In this document: piece after piece, positions 40,342-51,987 of the stretch
Layout: each line of letters starts with the position of its first letter
Numbering within the stretch: position 1 is the stretch's first letter
Assembly (NCBI GenBank): GCA_044225175.1
Contig: JBGAJA010000001.1
Location: forward strand, 206,114-270,113
Length of the DNA stretch: 64,000 nt
DNA from: Candidatus Omnitrophota bacterium
Lineage (GTDB): Bacteria; Omnitrophota; Gorgyraeia; Zapsychrales; Fredricksoniimonadaceae
Direction: 5' to 3'
The notes under the pieces: model-generated
What the model was told of the DNA's origin: nothing
Databases searched by the model: none
What the model saw: the letters and a program-made list of their open reading frames with translations, nothing else
Program-made: the position numbers and the translations under genes

Positions 40342-40472
40342 TTTTTTATACGGACTAAATGAATGAACAATAGATGTTAAGCATAGATTTGGATCTCGTT
40401 ACTGACGAGATCGACATGCTCTTTGACAATTATGAAATATAGGGTAATACAATTTCGAGTAGTTTTCGTGTT

Positions 40473-43431
<2,959 letters not shown>

Positions 43432-43488
43432 TATATTAAAATTTGCTTGGGTTGAATTATCCTATATTTCATAATTGTCGTTATCTAT

Positions 43489-43603
43489 TGCGGTAACATT
43501 ACTTGTGGGGCAACACCCGTTCCCTTTCCGAATACGGAAGTTAAGTCCACAGAGGTCGATGGTACTGTAGTCGCAAGGCTATGGGAGAGTAGAACGTTAC
43601 CGC
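43489..43603 (+). rRNA. rrf: 5S ribosomal RNA
   Basis: Terminal helix GCGGTAAC.../...GTTACCGC. Conserved CCGAATACGGAAGTTAAG and GAGAGTAGAACG. Confidence 0.9.
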
Positions 43604-43611
43604 TTTTCTTT

Positions 43612-43650
43612 AAAGCCCTGTAACCCATAAGGTTACAGGGCTTTTTTATT
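43612..43650 (+). terminator. Rho-independent terminator of the rRNA operon
   Basis: aagccctgtaacc-cataa-ggttacagggctt followed by ttttttatttc. Confidence 0.85.
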
Positions 43651-43661
43651 TCTTTCCTTGT

Positions 43662-43690
43662 TTGACAGCGTTATAGCATAATGTTATATT
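43662..43690 (+). promoter_or_regulatory. σ70-like promoter of the pilin operon (TTGACA, 17 nt spacer, TATATT)
   Basis: ttgacagcgttatagcataatgttatatt, 19 nt upstream of the first pilin gene start codon at 43709. RBS aggag present. Confidence 0.6.
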
Positions 43691-43708
43691 TGAATTAGGA
43701 GACTATTT

Positions 43709-44140
43709 ATGAAATCAAAAAATCATGGTTTTACATTGATTGAAATCAGTATTGTTTTAATCATTTTAGGTGCAATTGCTGTATTGGCATTTCCTGGTCT
43801 TTTTGCTCAAATTGAAAGACACCGAGGACAGGAGGCTCTTCAGTCTCTCAATCTTATTAAAAGTTTAGTTGAATCTTGTGGTTTACAAAATAGTGGGGAT
43901 TATACCAAATGTGATACTTGGGATGAAATTGGTATGACTAATCCATCAGGAACCAATTTCAAATATTCAGATCCATCCGATAGTACTGGGAATTCGATAA
44001 ATATTAAAGCTAACTTTGGAACTAATGTGTATAAACTCCAAGCAATTAGAATAACTTCAGGCGATACTATAACTATAGATAGGCCTGATACTGGTATTGC
44101 TACTTGTGCAGGCGTTGGGGCATATCGTGAGTTATGTTAG
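43709..44140 (+). CDS. Prepilin-type N-terminal cleavage/methylation domain protein
   Basis: HGFTLIEISIVLIILGAIAVLAF. Confidence 0.75.
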   Translation: MKSKNHGFTLIEISIVLIILGAIAVLAFPGLFAQIERHRGQEALQSLNLIKSLVESCGLQNSGDYTKCDTWDEIGMTNPSGTNFKYSDPSDSTGNSINIKANFGTNVYKLQAIRITSGDTITIDRPDTGIATCAGVGAYRELC

Positions 44141-44151
44141 AGAGGTATAGA

Positions 44152-44631
44152 ATGAATAAAAAAAGTGGATTTACTTTAATAGAGTTAGGTATTGTAGCTA
44201 TTATAGTAGGAATTTTGGTTTTAGTTGGCATACCCAATATGATCAAAGGCGTTAATCGTGGATATGCTCAAGATGGCCTTCGAAACTTAATGGCGATTTA
44301 TGCAGCGGAACAAAATTATGCACAAAATAATGATGGGAAACATTTTCCTGCTGTTGGAACGGCCCATTGTGATTTAAATTGTATGAATGGAGGCTTAAGT
44401 TTAAATATTGTTCAAAGCGGTTCCAATTTATATGACTGTAGTAACGCAGCAGAAGTAGTTACCTGTACGTTGAGTAATACCCCCGCTGCTTTTAAATTAG
44501 TATCCGTTTCTAATCTATCAATATCAGTTAATTCAAACCCCGTTTATTGTTTTAACGATCTTCCTAACAGTACCTACAATCCTTGTTGTCCTCTAACAGC
44601 TGGCCATGTCCCAGGGGATGCTTGTCCATAA
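44152..44631 (+). CDS. Prepilin-type protein, Cys-rich C-terminus
   Basis: SGFTLIELGIVAIIVGILVLVGIP. C-terminus ...NPCCPLTAGHVPGDACP. Start trimmed to MNKKSGF. Confidence 0.75.
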   Translation: MNKKSGFTLIELGIVAIIVGILVLVGIPNMIKGVNRGYAQDGLRNLMAIYAAEQNYAQNNDGKHFPAVGTAHCDLNCMNGGLSLNIVQSGSNLYDCSNAAEVVTCTLSNTPAAFKLVSVSNLSISVNSNPVYCFNDLPNSTYNPCCPLTAGHVPGDACP

Positions 44632-44633
44632 TT

Positions 44634-45137
44634 ATGAAAAATAAAGCAGCATTTACTATTATTGAAATTTTTCTCGTAATTGTAATATTAGGAGTCTTAG
44701 CTTGTTTTGCAGTTCCCAATTATATTTTAGGTTTAAGTCGAACATATGCTCGAAATGCAGTAGATAACTTAGTATCTATTCAATCTGCTCAATTAATTTA
44801 TATTCAAGCTAATGGCTCTTATTATGAGTCTAGTTATCAATCCAATAATCCTGCTGTTGATGATTCTCCTACTCTAAACAGTAGATTAAATTTAAACATT
44901 ACGCCCAATGGTGGGACTAAATATTATTGTGATTCTACTCCTGCTTGCCATGCTGTTCGTACAGATACGGGGGCTTTTGATATTCAATTAAATTTAAGAA
45001 TGCCAATTGTCAGTGTAGGAAGGCCTTTAATTTATTGTGATCCTGCAATTGCACCTGGTGGTCCTAGTCCTAATAATAATCCATGTTGTTTAAATACAAA
45101 AGGATATGCAAAAGACGCTCTCTGTCCAGCATTTTAA
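44634..45137 (+). CDS. Prepilin-type protein, paralog of the preceding gene
   Basis: AAFTIIEIFLVIVILGVLACFAVP. C-terminus ...NPCCLNTKGYAKDALCPAF shares the PCC...DAxCP motif with the previous gene. Confidence 0.75.
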   Translation: MKNKAAFTIIEIFLVIVILGVLACFAVPNYILGLSRTYARNAVDNLVSIQSAQLIYIQANGSYYESSYQSNNPAVDDSPTLNSRLNLNITPNGGTKYYCDSTPACHAVRTDTGAFDIQLNLRMPIVSVGRPLIYCDPAIAPGGPSPNNNPCCLNTKGYAKDALCPAF

Positions 45138-45140
45138 TCT

Positions 45141-45497
45141 ATGATTAAGAAAAACAATAAAGGCATCACTCTTTTAGAAGCATTTTTAGCTGCTTTTATT
45201 TTTATTATTTCTGTCTCTGCAATTTTTGTTACGATGACAAATTTACGTAAGCCTGCAGTGAATAATGAACAAGCCGTAGCGGCTGCTTTGACATTAAGTA
45301 ATATTCTAGAAGATTTACGTTCAAAGGTAGATAGCCGTGATTACGATACTGGAAAGCTTTCTATAAGACCAGAGGATAATCCTCATAAAATAAGTCTGGG
45401 GACTCAATACAAGATAGCCTATAACGTAACTGCAGACCCTTCTGGGTCAGGGGCTAGAAAAGTCGATGCCAGTATATTCTGGAATGATACCCTTTAA
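45141..45497 (+). CDS. Prepilin-like minor pilin or pseudopilin
   Basis: KGITLLEAFLAAFIFIISVSAIFV. Confidence 0.6.
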   Translation: MIKKNNKGITLLEAFLAAFIFIISVSAIFVTMTNLRKPAVNNEQAVAAALTLSNILEDLRSKVDSRDYDTGKLSIRPEDNPHKISLGTQYKIAYNVTADPSGSGARKVDASIFWNDTL

Positions 45498-45498
45498 T

Positions 45499-46275
45499 AT
45501 GAAAATTAATCAAATTCGATCTTTTACCATTATAGAAATTTTAGTCGCAAGTATTGTAGTGAGTATTATTTTACTAGGAGTTATTACGACGAGTATTTCG
45601 TTAAGTAATAGTGCCAGGTTTTCTTCTGGAAATTATTTTGTCACTCAAAGTACTCAAAGTACTTTAAATCATATACTCAAAAACGCAGCGTTAGCCATTG
45701 GTACGCCATCTAATCCTGGTTTTGTAGGAATGAATACTTTGTGGGATAAAGATGACTTAGGCAATCCTATAAAAGCTCCTGATGGAACTGTTTTGGAAGG
45801 AAATCCACCTTTGTCAGACCTTGTTGGTTCTGGAAAGCCATCCACTTTTTGTATCCATCAAAACCTATCTCTAAATGGAAGTTATAATATTCTAAATTCA
45901 AATGCATACCATCGATGGCTATGTTATACGTTAGATACAGCAACAAAGAATATTTATTGGTGTGCTAGAGCTTATGATGTTAATAATCCTCCTGGAACAG
46001 CTGGGTATCTTTCTAGTCAACCTGCTAATATAAATCATACAGGGGGGGCTCCCTGTTCTACAACAGATAATTTATTGGGAACGGCGACAAATATTTCTAC
46101 TTCTTTATCGATTAATGCCGCTGGAAGTTCTCAAAAGGTAGAATTTCAGGTAACTATTGATAATTGCCTTGACCCCAATGGTAATGTATTTGGCCAATGC
46201 GTGGCAGGCGGTTCAAATAATCCGTATGTTCAAAAAACAGGAACAATTTCTCCGTCAGGTCATGTGGGAGGTTAA
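45499..46275 (+). CDS. Prepilin-like protein with a large C-terminal domain
   Basis: RSFTIIEILVASIVVSIILLGVITT (Ser at −1). Start trimmed to MKINQIRSF. Confidence 0.55.
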   Translation: MKINQIRSFTIIEILVASIVVSIILLGVITTSISLSNSARFSSGNYFVTQSTQSTLNHILKNAALAIGTPSNPGFVGMNTLWDKDDLGNPIKAPDGTVLEGNPPLSDLVGSGKPSTFCIHQNLSLNGSYNILNSNAYHRWLCYTLDTATKNIYWCARAYDVNNPPGTAGYLSSQPANINHTGGAPCSTTDNLLGTATNISTSLSINAAGSSQKVEFQVTIDNCLDPNGNVFGQCVAGGSNNPYVQKTGTISPSGHVGG

Positions 46276-46285
46276 GCCTTTTAAT

Positions 46286-46314
46286 TTGACAGTCCTCGTC
46301 GGTTAAGCTACTAT
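46286..46314 (+). promoter_or_regulatory. σ70-like promoter (TTGACA, 17 nt spacer, TACTAT) ending 8 nt before the serS ATG
   Basis: ttgacagtcctcgtcggttaagctactat. No Shine-Dalgarno between the −10 and the ATG at 46323. Confidence 0.55.
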
Positions 46315-46322
46315 ATCGCCTT

Positions 46323-47600
46323 ATGTTAGATCTCAAATTTATTCGTGAAAATATAGATAAAGTTAAATCTAGTTTGGAAGCCAAAAGGGTTCAAGTTGAT
46401 CTCAACCGTCTTATGAAATTAGATGGGGACCGACGTGCTCTTATCATTGAATTAGATGATTTGAAAGCCCAAAAAAATATAGCCAATGAAGAGATTGGCC
46501 GCATGGTAAGAGAGAAACTAGATGCCAAAATGAAAATTGCTTCCATGAAGACCATAGCTACTCAAATTGATACTATGGATCCCGCCATTAAAAAAATTGA
46601 AGAAGAAATTAATCAGATTCTGTTAACAATTCCTAACATTGCTCATATTTCTGTTCCAGTTGGTGGGCCAGGCCTTAACAAAGAAATAAGAAAGTGGGGA
46701 GAAACTCCTCAATTTAATTTTAAGCCAAAGACGCACATTGAACTAGCTGAAGATTTAGATATTATCGATTTTAAGCGAGGAACAAAGTTAAGTGGTTCTA
46801 ATTTTATTCTTTACAAAGATCTAGGGGCTCGACTAGAGAGGGCTTTATATAATTTTATGCTTGATTTACATACTTCCAAGCATGGTTATCGAGAAATGTC
46901 GCCACCTGTTTTAGTTAATACAGCATCAATGACAGGAACTGGTCAATTACCTAAAATGAAAGAAGATATGTATCATGTCCAAACAGATGATTTGTATTTG
47001 ATTCCAACAGCAGAAGTGCCTGTCACCAATATTCATCGTGATGAAAGTTTAAATGAGGAAGATTTGCCAATTTATTATACTGCTTACACTCCTTGTTTTC
47101 GTAGAGAAGCAGGTTCTTATGGAAAAGATACTAGAGGATTGGTGAGGATACATCAGTTTGATAAGGTAGAGTTGGTTAAATTTGTCAAGCCTGAAAATTC
47201 TTATGATGAATTAGAGAAATTGTTACAAAATGCCACTGTTGTTTTTGAGCTTTTGGGAATTCCTTATCGTGTTCTTATGCTAGCTAGCGGAGATATGAGT
47301 TTTGCAGCTGCCAAGTGTTACGATATTGAGGTTTATGCGGCTGGTCTTGAAAAATGGTTAGAAGCTTCAAGTTGTTCAAATTTTGAAGATTTTCAAGCTC
47401 GTAGAGCTAACATTGCCTACAAAGGTAAGGATGGAAAGAAAAAAGGTTTTGTCCATACCCTAAACGGATCTGGTGTTGCCCTTCCTCGTACAATGATTGC
47501 TATCCTAGAGAACTATCAAACTAAAGAAGGCAATGTAATCATTCCTGAAGTTCTTCGCCCTTATATGGGTGGTTTGGATATTATTACAAAATATAAATAA
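46323..47600 (+). CDS. serS: Seryl-tRNA synthetase
   Basis: N-terminal MLDLKFIREN... coiled-coil arm and class II aaRS core motifs (FRREAGS...). 425 aa. Confidence 0.9.
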   Translation: MLDLKFIRENIDKVKSSLEAKRVQVDLNRLMKLDGDRRALIIELDDLKAQKNIANEEIGRMVREKLDAKMKIASMKTIATQIDTMDPAIKKIEEEINQILLTIPNIAHISVPVGGPGLNKEIRKWGETPQFNFKPKTHIELAEDLDIIDFKRGTKLSGSNFILYKDLGARLERALYNFMLDLHTSKHGYREMSPPVLVNTASMTGTGQLPKMKEDMYHVQTDDLYLIPTAEVPVTNIHRDESLNEEDLPIYYTAYTPCFRREAGSYGKDTRGLVRIHQFDKVELVKFVKPENSYDELEKLLQNATVVFELLGIPYRVLMLASGDMSFAAAKCYDIEVYAAGLEKWLEASSCSNFEDFQARRANIAYKGKDGKKKGFVHTLNGSGVALPRTMIAILENYQTKEGNVIIPEVLRPYMGGLDIITKYK

Positions 47601-47637
47601 AATTCTTTTGGAGCATCGACCAAACTTCTTGGTATTT

Positions 47638-47726
47638 GGAGAGGTGGCAGAGTGGTCGAATGCGGCGGTCTCGAAAACCGTTGTCCGGCGTAAGTCGGAT
47701 CCAGGGTTCAAATCCCTGCCTCTCCG
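47638..47726 (+). tRNA. tRNA-Ser (anticodon CGA)
   Basis: GGAGAGG acceptor stem, long variable arm, anticodon loop CTCGAAA, T-arm CAGGGTTCAAATCCCTG. CCA is not encoded. Confidence 0.85.
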
Positions 47727-47734
47727 TTGAAAGA

Positions 47735-48382
47735 CATATGGGACATATACGAAAAATTGGGGAAGTGTATTATATTGAATTTTTTGCTAGAGGATTGATG
47801 TATTCTCAGGTTGCAGGTCTAACTGAAGAAGGAGCCCGAGAGATGCTTGAAAAGATTGAGAGTAAGATCTCAGCAGGGGAAGCTTTAACGATTGTCAGGC
47901 AAATTAATTTAGATGTTTTTTTTGAGAGGTATCTAGAAGATGTTCATGATCAATTTTCTTCAAAAAGTATTGAGCGTTTTTCTTCGGCCTGGAGAAGTCT
48001 ATTGAATTTTCTAAACAAAAATTATCCGGAAGTTTATCAGTTGTCTCAAATCACGCCATTTTTAATTGAGTCGTATAAAGCCTATTTAATTCCATTAGAA
48101 ACGCCTAAGATTGTCAATTTCACTCTGCTTTTGTTAAGGGAAATTTTTGAGTACGGTATTAAGATTGGGTTTTTAAACGACAATCCATCCTTACATGTCA
48201 CATTGTTGAAAATGACACCATCACCTTTAAGAAAGGGTGCCCGTTCCCAGATAGCAAAAGAATTATTAACTAACGGAGTAATATTAGGAAAAATTTATCA
48301 AGTTCTAAAATTGAAAGATGTGGCTCAGGTCATGTTTTGGTCAAATTTTATTCCCCTGAAAAGGGAAGATGTGTATAATTAA
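47735..48382 (+). pseudogene. Truncated tyrosine-recombinase (phage-type integrase): N-terminal arm-binding and SAM-like core-binding domains only
   Basis: GEVYYIEFFARGLMYSQVAGLTEEGAREMLEKIESKISAGE is the AP2-like integrase N-terminal domain, and ...SQITPFLIESYKAYL the core-binding domain. The ORF ends at the start of the catalytic domain, so no RHRY catalytic residues are present. It sits 8 nt after the tRNA-Ser. Confidence 0.6.
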
Positions 48383-48403
48383 CGGCTTGTAACGCAATTT
48401 TGG

Positions 48404-48438
48404 GAGAGGTGGCAGAGTGGTCGAATGCGGCGGTCTTG
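48404..48438 (+). repeat. Direct repeat of the tRNA-Ser 5' half (att-like remnant)
   Basis: ggagaggtggcagagtggtcgaatgcggcggtct is identical to tRNA-Ser positions 1–35 and diverges at the anticodon loop. Confidence 0.7.
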
Positions 48439-48599
48439 AAATCCGAAAAAGCCCATTTTCTCAACCTCTTGAAATTGCTAAAAAGACCGCAGTTGTCGTC
48501 GACAAAATTGATTTTTAGGCCTTTGGATACTTTTGGATTTTTTAAGTATTTTTAATCTAAAACCGTCACGATTTCGACACCAAAAAAGGAGGTCAAAAA

Positions 48600-49010
48600 A
48601 TGACTTTCCAACCCATCAAAAGATTCATCACCCAATTTAATGACAAAACTTTTGCTACTCTATGGTTAGAGTCATTATTATTTTCTGTACTTTTTGGAAT
48701 AGGGTTTCATTCTTTGCTGGTATCTGTTTTGATGTTCGTAGGCTTAACATGGCTTATGAATAAGTGGAAAGGGACGCTCTATGCGATTCTCACGTTAAGT
48801 TTTCTGTGGGGATTTATTGTTTTCTGTATTTGTTATAGTGCTGGTGGATGGGTGTGGGGTCTTGGTTTAGGAGCGATAGTTTTTTATAAAGGAGTAAGAG
48901 TACATTTCCGTGAGTTAAAAGAGTCTTTGGATAATTTTAATTTTTTCACTTCTAATAATATTAGAGAGTGGCGACAAGATAATTATTGGGGTAGGCAGAA
49001 TTTGAATTAA
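48600..49010 (+). CDS. Small integral membrane protein (about 4 transmembrane helices)
   Basis: Strong RBS aaaaaggaggt. Hydrophobic segments. No domain recognised. Confidence 0.5.
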   Translation: MTFQPIKRFITQFNDKTFATLWLESLLFSVLFGIGFHSLLVSVLMFVGLTWLMNKWKGTLYAILTLSFLWGFIVFCICYSAGGWVWGLGLGAIVFYKGVRVHFRELKESLDNFNFFTSNNIREWRQDNYWGRQNLN

Positions 49011-49117
49011 TCATGGGACTCAATTTTTTATACCCTATGTGATTTAATAAATCACAGGAGGGTTCTTGTTTGAAGTAGAAAATAGTATTCAACACAATTG
49101 ACTTAAATGAGGATTAT

Positions 49118-50293
49118 ATGAGTGAGAATCAAGACATTGCTTTTAGTGCAGATTTAAGACCTGGTGGGAAAGAGGAATTGTTTGAGAATTTGAATGATTT
49201 TCAAATATGGCTAAATGTCGAACGAGAATTTTGGAACTGGATGGAAGTTCTGAGACAGAAGAATCCTAATGCTCACCACTACATTAATAGCTACTATCAG
49301 AGGTTAAATCAAATACAGGCTCATTTAGAAGCTACTCTTAATAATACAAATATTCCTCATCATCGGGGTCAATTAATTCAGGTTCTACAGAATTATTATC
49401 AAAAAAATCAATTAATTCACTCCTCACAACCCCGAGCAAAGTTTCTCAAAGAAATATTTGAAAAAGATCCAGCCCACGCTGTTTATACTTTGAAATTTTT
49501 TATTGATCGTAGATTTAATCAAGATACACCAGGAGAAATTGAAGGTTCTTTCTCTGCACTATTGTTTGAACATAATGTTAAGGATAGTAATAAAGGAGAA
49601 ACAAAAGCCCTGGAAGAACTTCGTGATTTGTGGCAAATACATCTAAATAATTCTAAGACAGATTTAACAAATATAACAAACGATTATGCGAACACTCTAA
49701 TAAAGCTTCAAGATCAAAAGAATGAAGAGAAGAAAAAATTTGAAGAATTATTAGGTAAAGCAGAAAAAGAACATGAGCAACGTATTGAAAAAGTGAAACA
49801 ACGCTTTAAAGAAATTGAAGACCTCTATGAGAAAAAATTAGCGCTTCATGCTTCAATTAAATATTGGGGAGAGAAAGCGAAAAGTCATTTTAGATGGTCG
49901 ATAGGGTTTACTATAGCTACTCTCGGGGGGTTTTATATTGCAGGGAATTGGTTATATAACATTATGAGATCAGTGATAGGAAATGCAACAATCAAAGACC
50001 TAGAAGTATGGAAAATAGGGTTGCTGTTAATTGCAGCGACAATAGGTGTTTGGATAACACGGGTTTTAATAAGATTGTTGTTAAGTAATGTTCATTTATG
50101 GAATGATGCCAATGAGCGAAGGACAATGATTCAAACATACTTGGCCTTACATAATGAAGGCAAAATGCCTGACCAATCACGAGAATTGATTCTTCAGGCT
50201 TTGTTTCGTCCTACAAGCACGGGTATAGTAAAGGATGATGCAGCTCCTCCTTTTATGGCTGAATGGTTAAAGAGAACAACAGGGGCCGACTAA
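49118..50293 (+). CDS. Hypothetical protein: N-terminal helical/coiled-coil domain, two transmembrane helices, short C-terminal tail
   Basis: 391 aa. Transmembrane helices near residues 255–275 and 290–315. Convergent with the TIR gene. Confidence 0.5.
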   Translation: MSENQDIAFSADLRPGGKEELFENLNDFQIWLNVEREFWNWMEVLRQKNPNAHHYINSYYQRLNQIQAHLEATLNNTNIPHHRGQLIQVLQNYYQKNQLIHSSQPRAKFLKEIFEKDPAHAVYTLKFFIDRRFNQDTPGEIEGSFSALLFEHNVKDSNKGETKALEELRDLWQIHLNNSKTDLTNITNDYANTLIKLQDQKNEEKKKFEELLGKAEKEHEQRIEKVKQRFKEIEDLYEKKLALHASIKYWGEKAKSHFRWSIGFTIATLGGFYIAGNWLYNIMRSVIGNATIKDLEVWKIGLLLIAATIGVWITRVLIRLLLSNVHLWNDANERRTMIQTYLALHNEGKMPDQSRELILQALFRPTSTGIVKDDAAPPFMAEWLKRTTGAD

Positions 50294-50342
50294 TGACTTT
50301 AAGGAATACAAGAATTTTATAGAAAATAAGCAATTTTGAGAA

Positions 50343-51695
50343 TTAAAAATGCTGCAATGAACTAAAAGGAGTGCTTCCTTCTCGAGGGGCATTTCCGTTT
50401 ATATAAACTTTCCACAAAACCACGTATTGAGCCCTATTCTGCCATTTATCAAAATTTAAAGAGTAAATGAGGTTGGATATTCCGTTTTCTCCAAATATTC
50501 GTATTTTCTTGCCTGGTAAAAGGAATTTATTAAATTCTTTTTTACCGCTATCTGGTAGAGCGGAATAGTCAAATATAAGATTTAAATAGCCAGGGTTATC
50601 CCGTGATTCACTCGACGTTAAATGAGGGTATTCCCATTTTTTCTTTTCCATATATTCACTAGGAAATTGAAGTTCAATAACAATATTTTTAAATTCTTCT
50701 TTTGTCTTATTTTCGATTTCAAGAAGGAAAGAATATTCGTGTAACTCTGAGGTTTGTTTCAAGGTTTTATAGGTTACTTCTACGTTGGCAGATGATGCGA
50801 TTGGAGAATATCCTTCTTTTAATTTGAGGAGTTCTGTTAATTCGTCTGGTTGCATAGTGTAGGTATTATTTGGAATTCCAAATTGTTCACATATTTTCTT
50901 ACAACTACTTAAAAGATCGGTTGAATCGAATAGTGTTATCCCTTGTGTAACTAAATTTAAAGGTGATCCAAATTCAGTTGGTGATATATTGGTATACATA
51001 GGATAGATTTTAAAACCTCGACCCCAAACGGCAGCGGATTCCCACCATACCCAAGAAGACTCCTGAGCCAATCGAGAGCAAATAGGAATTATAGCCTCTG
51101 CATTTTTTAAATTGGTTTCTAACATAATTTTTAGAGGGTCATCGCCAGGTTGTATACTACGTCTTGCGATAAATATCTCTGCCTTATCTTGAGTAAATTT
51201 TCTAAGTATTTTTTTTATGAAATCAGCTAAAGCGAGTTCTTCACTGGCATAACTGATAAAGATTATAGGGAGTTGTTGAATGGGGCACCTCTCTTTTATA
51301 TATCTAATTTTTTCTTCTGCAATTTCTTTTGTTTGTGAGGTTACACGTATTAGGCCCTCTTTCTTAAAGGGTGTATAAATGAAGGTGCATCTTGGGCTAT
51401 TATTCGTTGTTCCACTTATGCAAATATCATAAGTTAATTCTTGTTTGTATGCTTGAATAAGTTCAGCCAGGCTACTTACGGTGTGTTTAATGCCATCTGC
51501 GCTGTGCCAATAAGCAGTGATCCCACCAATAACATGTGGGTAACCAGGGAAGCCTTGAAACTCTTTACCCCAAGTTTGATCAAAAATTTCAAATAGTTGA
51601 TCTGAGGTTAGAATTTCGGGGGAAAATCCAATATAAGATAAGGTTACGCTGCTTTTCATTTTTGATAATATACTGCGCAAGACTTCAAAGGTCAA
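50343..51695 (-). CDS. TIR-domain protein with unknown N- and C-terminal domains (candidate defence or NADase effector)
   Basis: The central PIIFISYASEELALADF...AIIPICSRLAQESSWVWWESAAVW matches the TIR βA (FISY) and SxW...E motifs. The tracked start is TTG; an alternative ATG lies at 51659. Confidence 0.6.
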   Translation of the reverse strand: MTFEVLRSILSKMKSSVTLSYIGFSPEILTSDQLFEIFDQTWGKEFQGFPGYPHVIGGITAYWHSADGIKHTVSSLAELIQAYKQELTYDICISGTTNNSPRCTFIYTPFKKEGLIRVTSQTKEIAEEKIRYIKERCPIQQLPIIFISYASEELALADFIKKILRKFTQDKAEIFIARRSIQPGDDPLKIMLETNLKNAEAIIPICSRLAQESSWVWWESAAVWGRGFKIYPMYTNISPTEFGSPLNLVTQGITLFDSTDLLSSCKKICEQFGIPNNTYTMQPDELTELLKLKEGYSPIASSANVEVTYKTLKQTSELHEYSFLLEIENKTKEEFKNIVIELQFPSEYMEKKKWEYPHLTSSESRDNPGYLNLIFDYSALPDSGKKEFNKFLLPGKKIRIFGENGISNLIYSLNFDKWQNRAQYVVLWKVYINGNAPREGSTPFSSLQHF

Positions 51696-51795
51696 TGTAC
51701 CATTAGTAAACGAAGCGAACTTTATTTTTTACTACAAACAAACTACAAAAAGAACTACATCCGTGTAGTTGTTTTGTAGTAAATGTCTTTCCTAA

Positions 51796-51916
51796 CTCTC
51801 CCATTTGCAAGGGGTTTTTGGGGAAAAGCACCCAAAACTGTTCCCGACCCCACTCCCTCAACCATAGGTTAAGCGGAGGGACTGGGGTCGGGAACTACCA
51901 ATTGCAAATGGGAGAG
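51796..51916. repeat. Nested inverted-repeat structured element (perfect 15-bp outer inverted repeat plus 20-bp inner hairpin)
   Basis: Outer ctctcccatttgcaa / ttgcaaatgggagag. Inner gttcccgaccccactccctc–loop–gagggactggggtcgggaac. An additional ttttggg/cccaaaa hairpin lies between. Confidence 0.6.
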
Positions 51917-51987
51917 AGTAGAAGGGTGAGAAGATGTTGTATACTTGAGAAGGTGGTTAAGGAAGAATTTAAAAGGGAGGAATTATT

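Noticed and set aside
47636-47734. N-terminal 33 codons of ORF 47636..48382 (MERWQSGRMRRSRKPLSG...)
   Set aside because: This stretch is the tRNA-Ser gene read as protein. I trimmed the CDS to the internal start MGHIRKIGEVYY at 47735.
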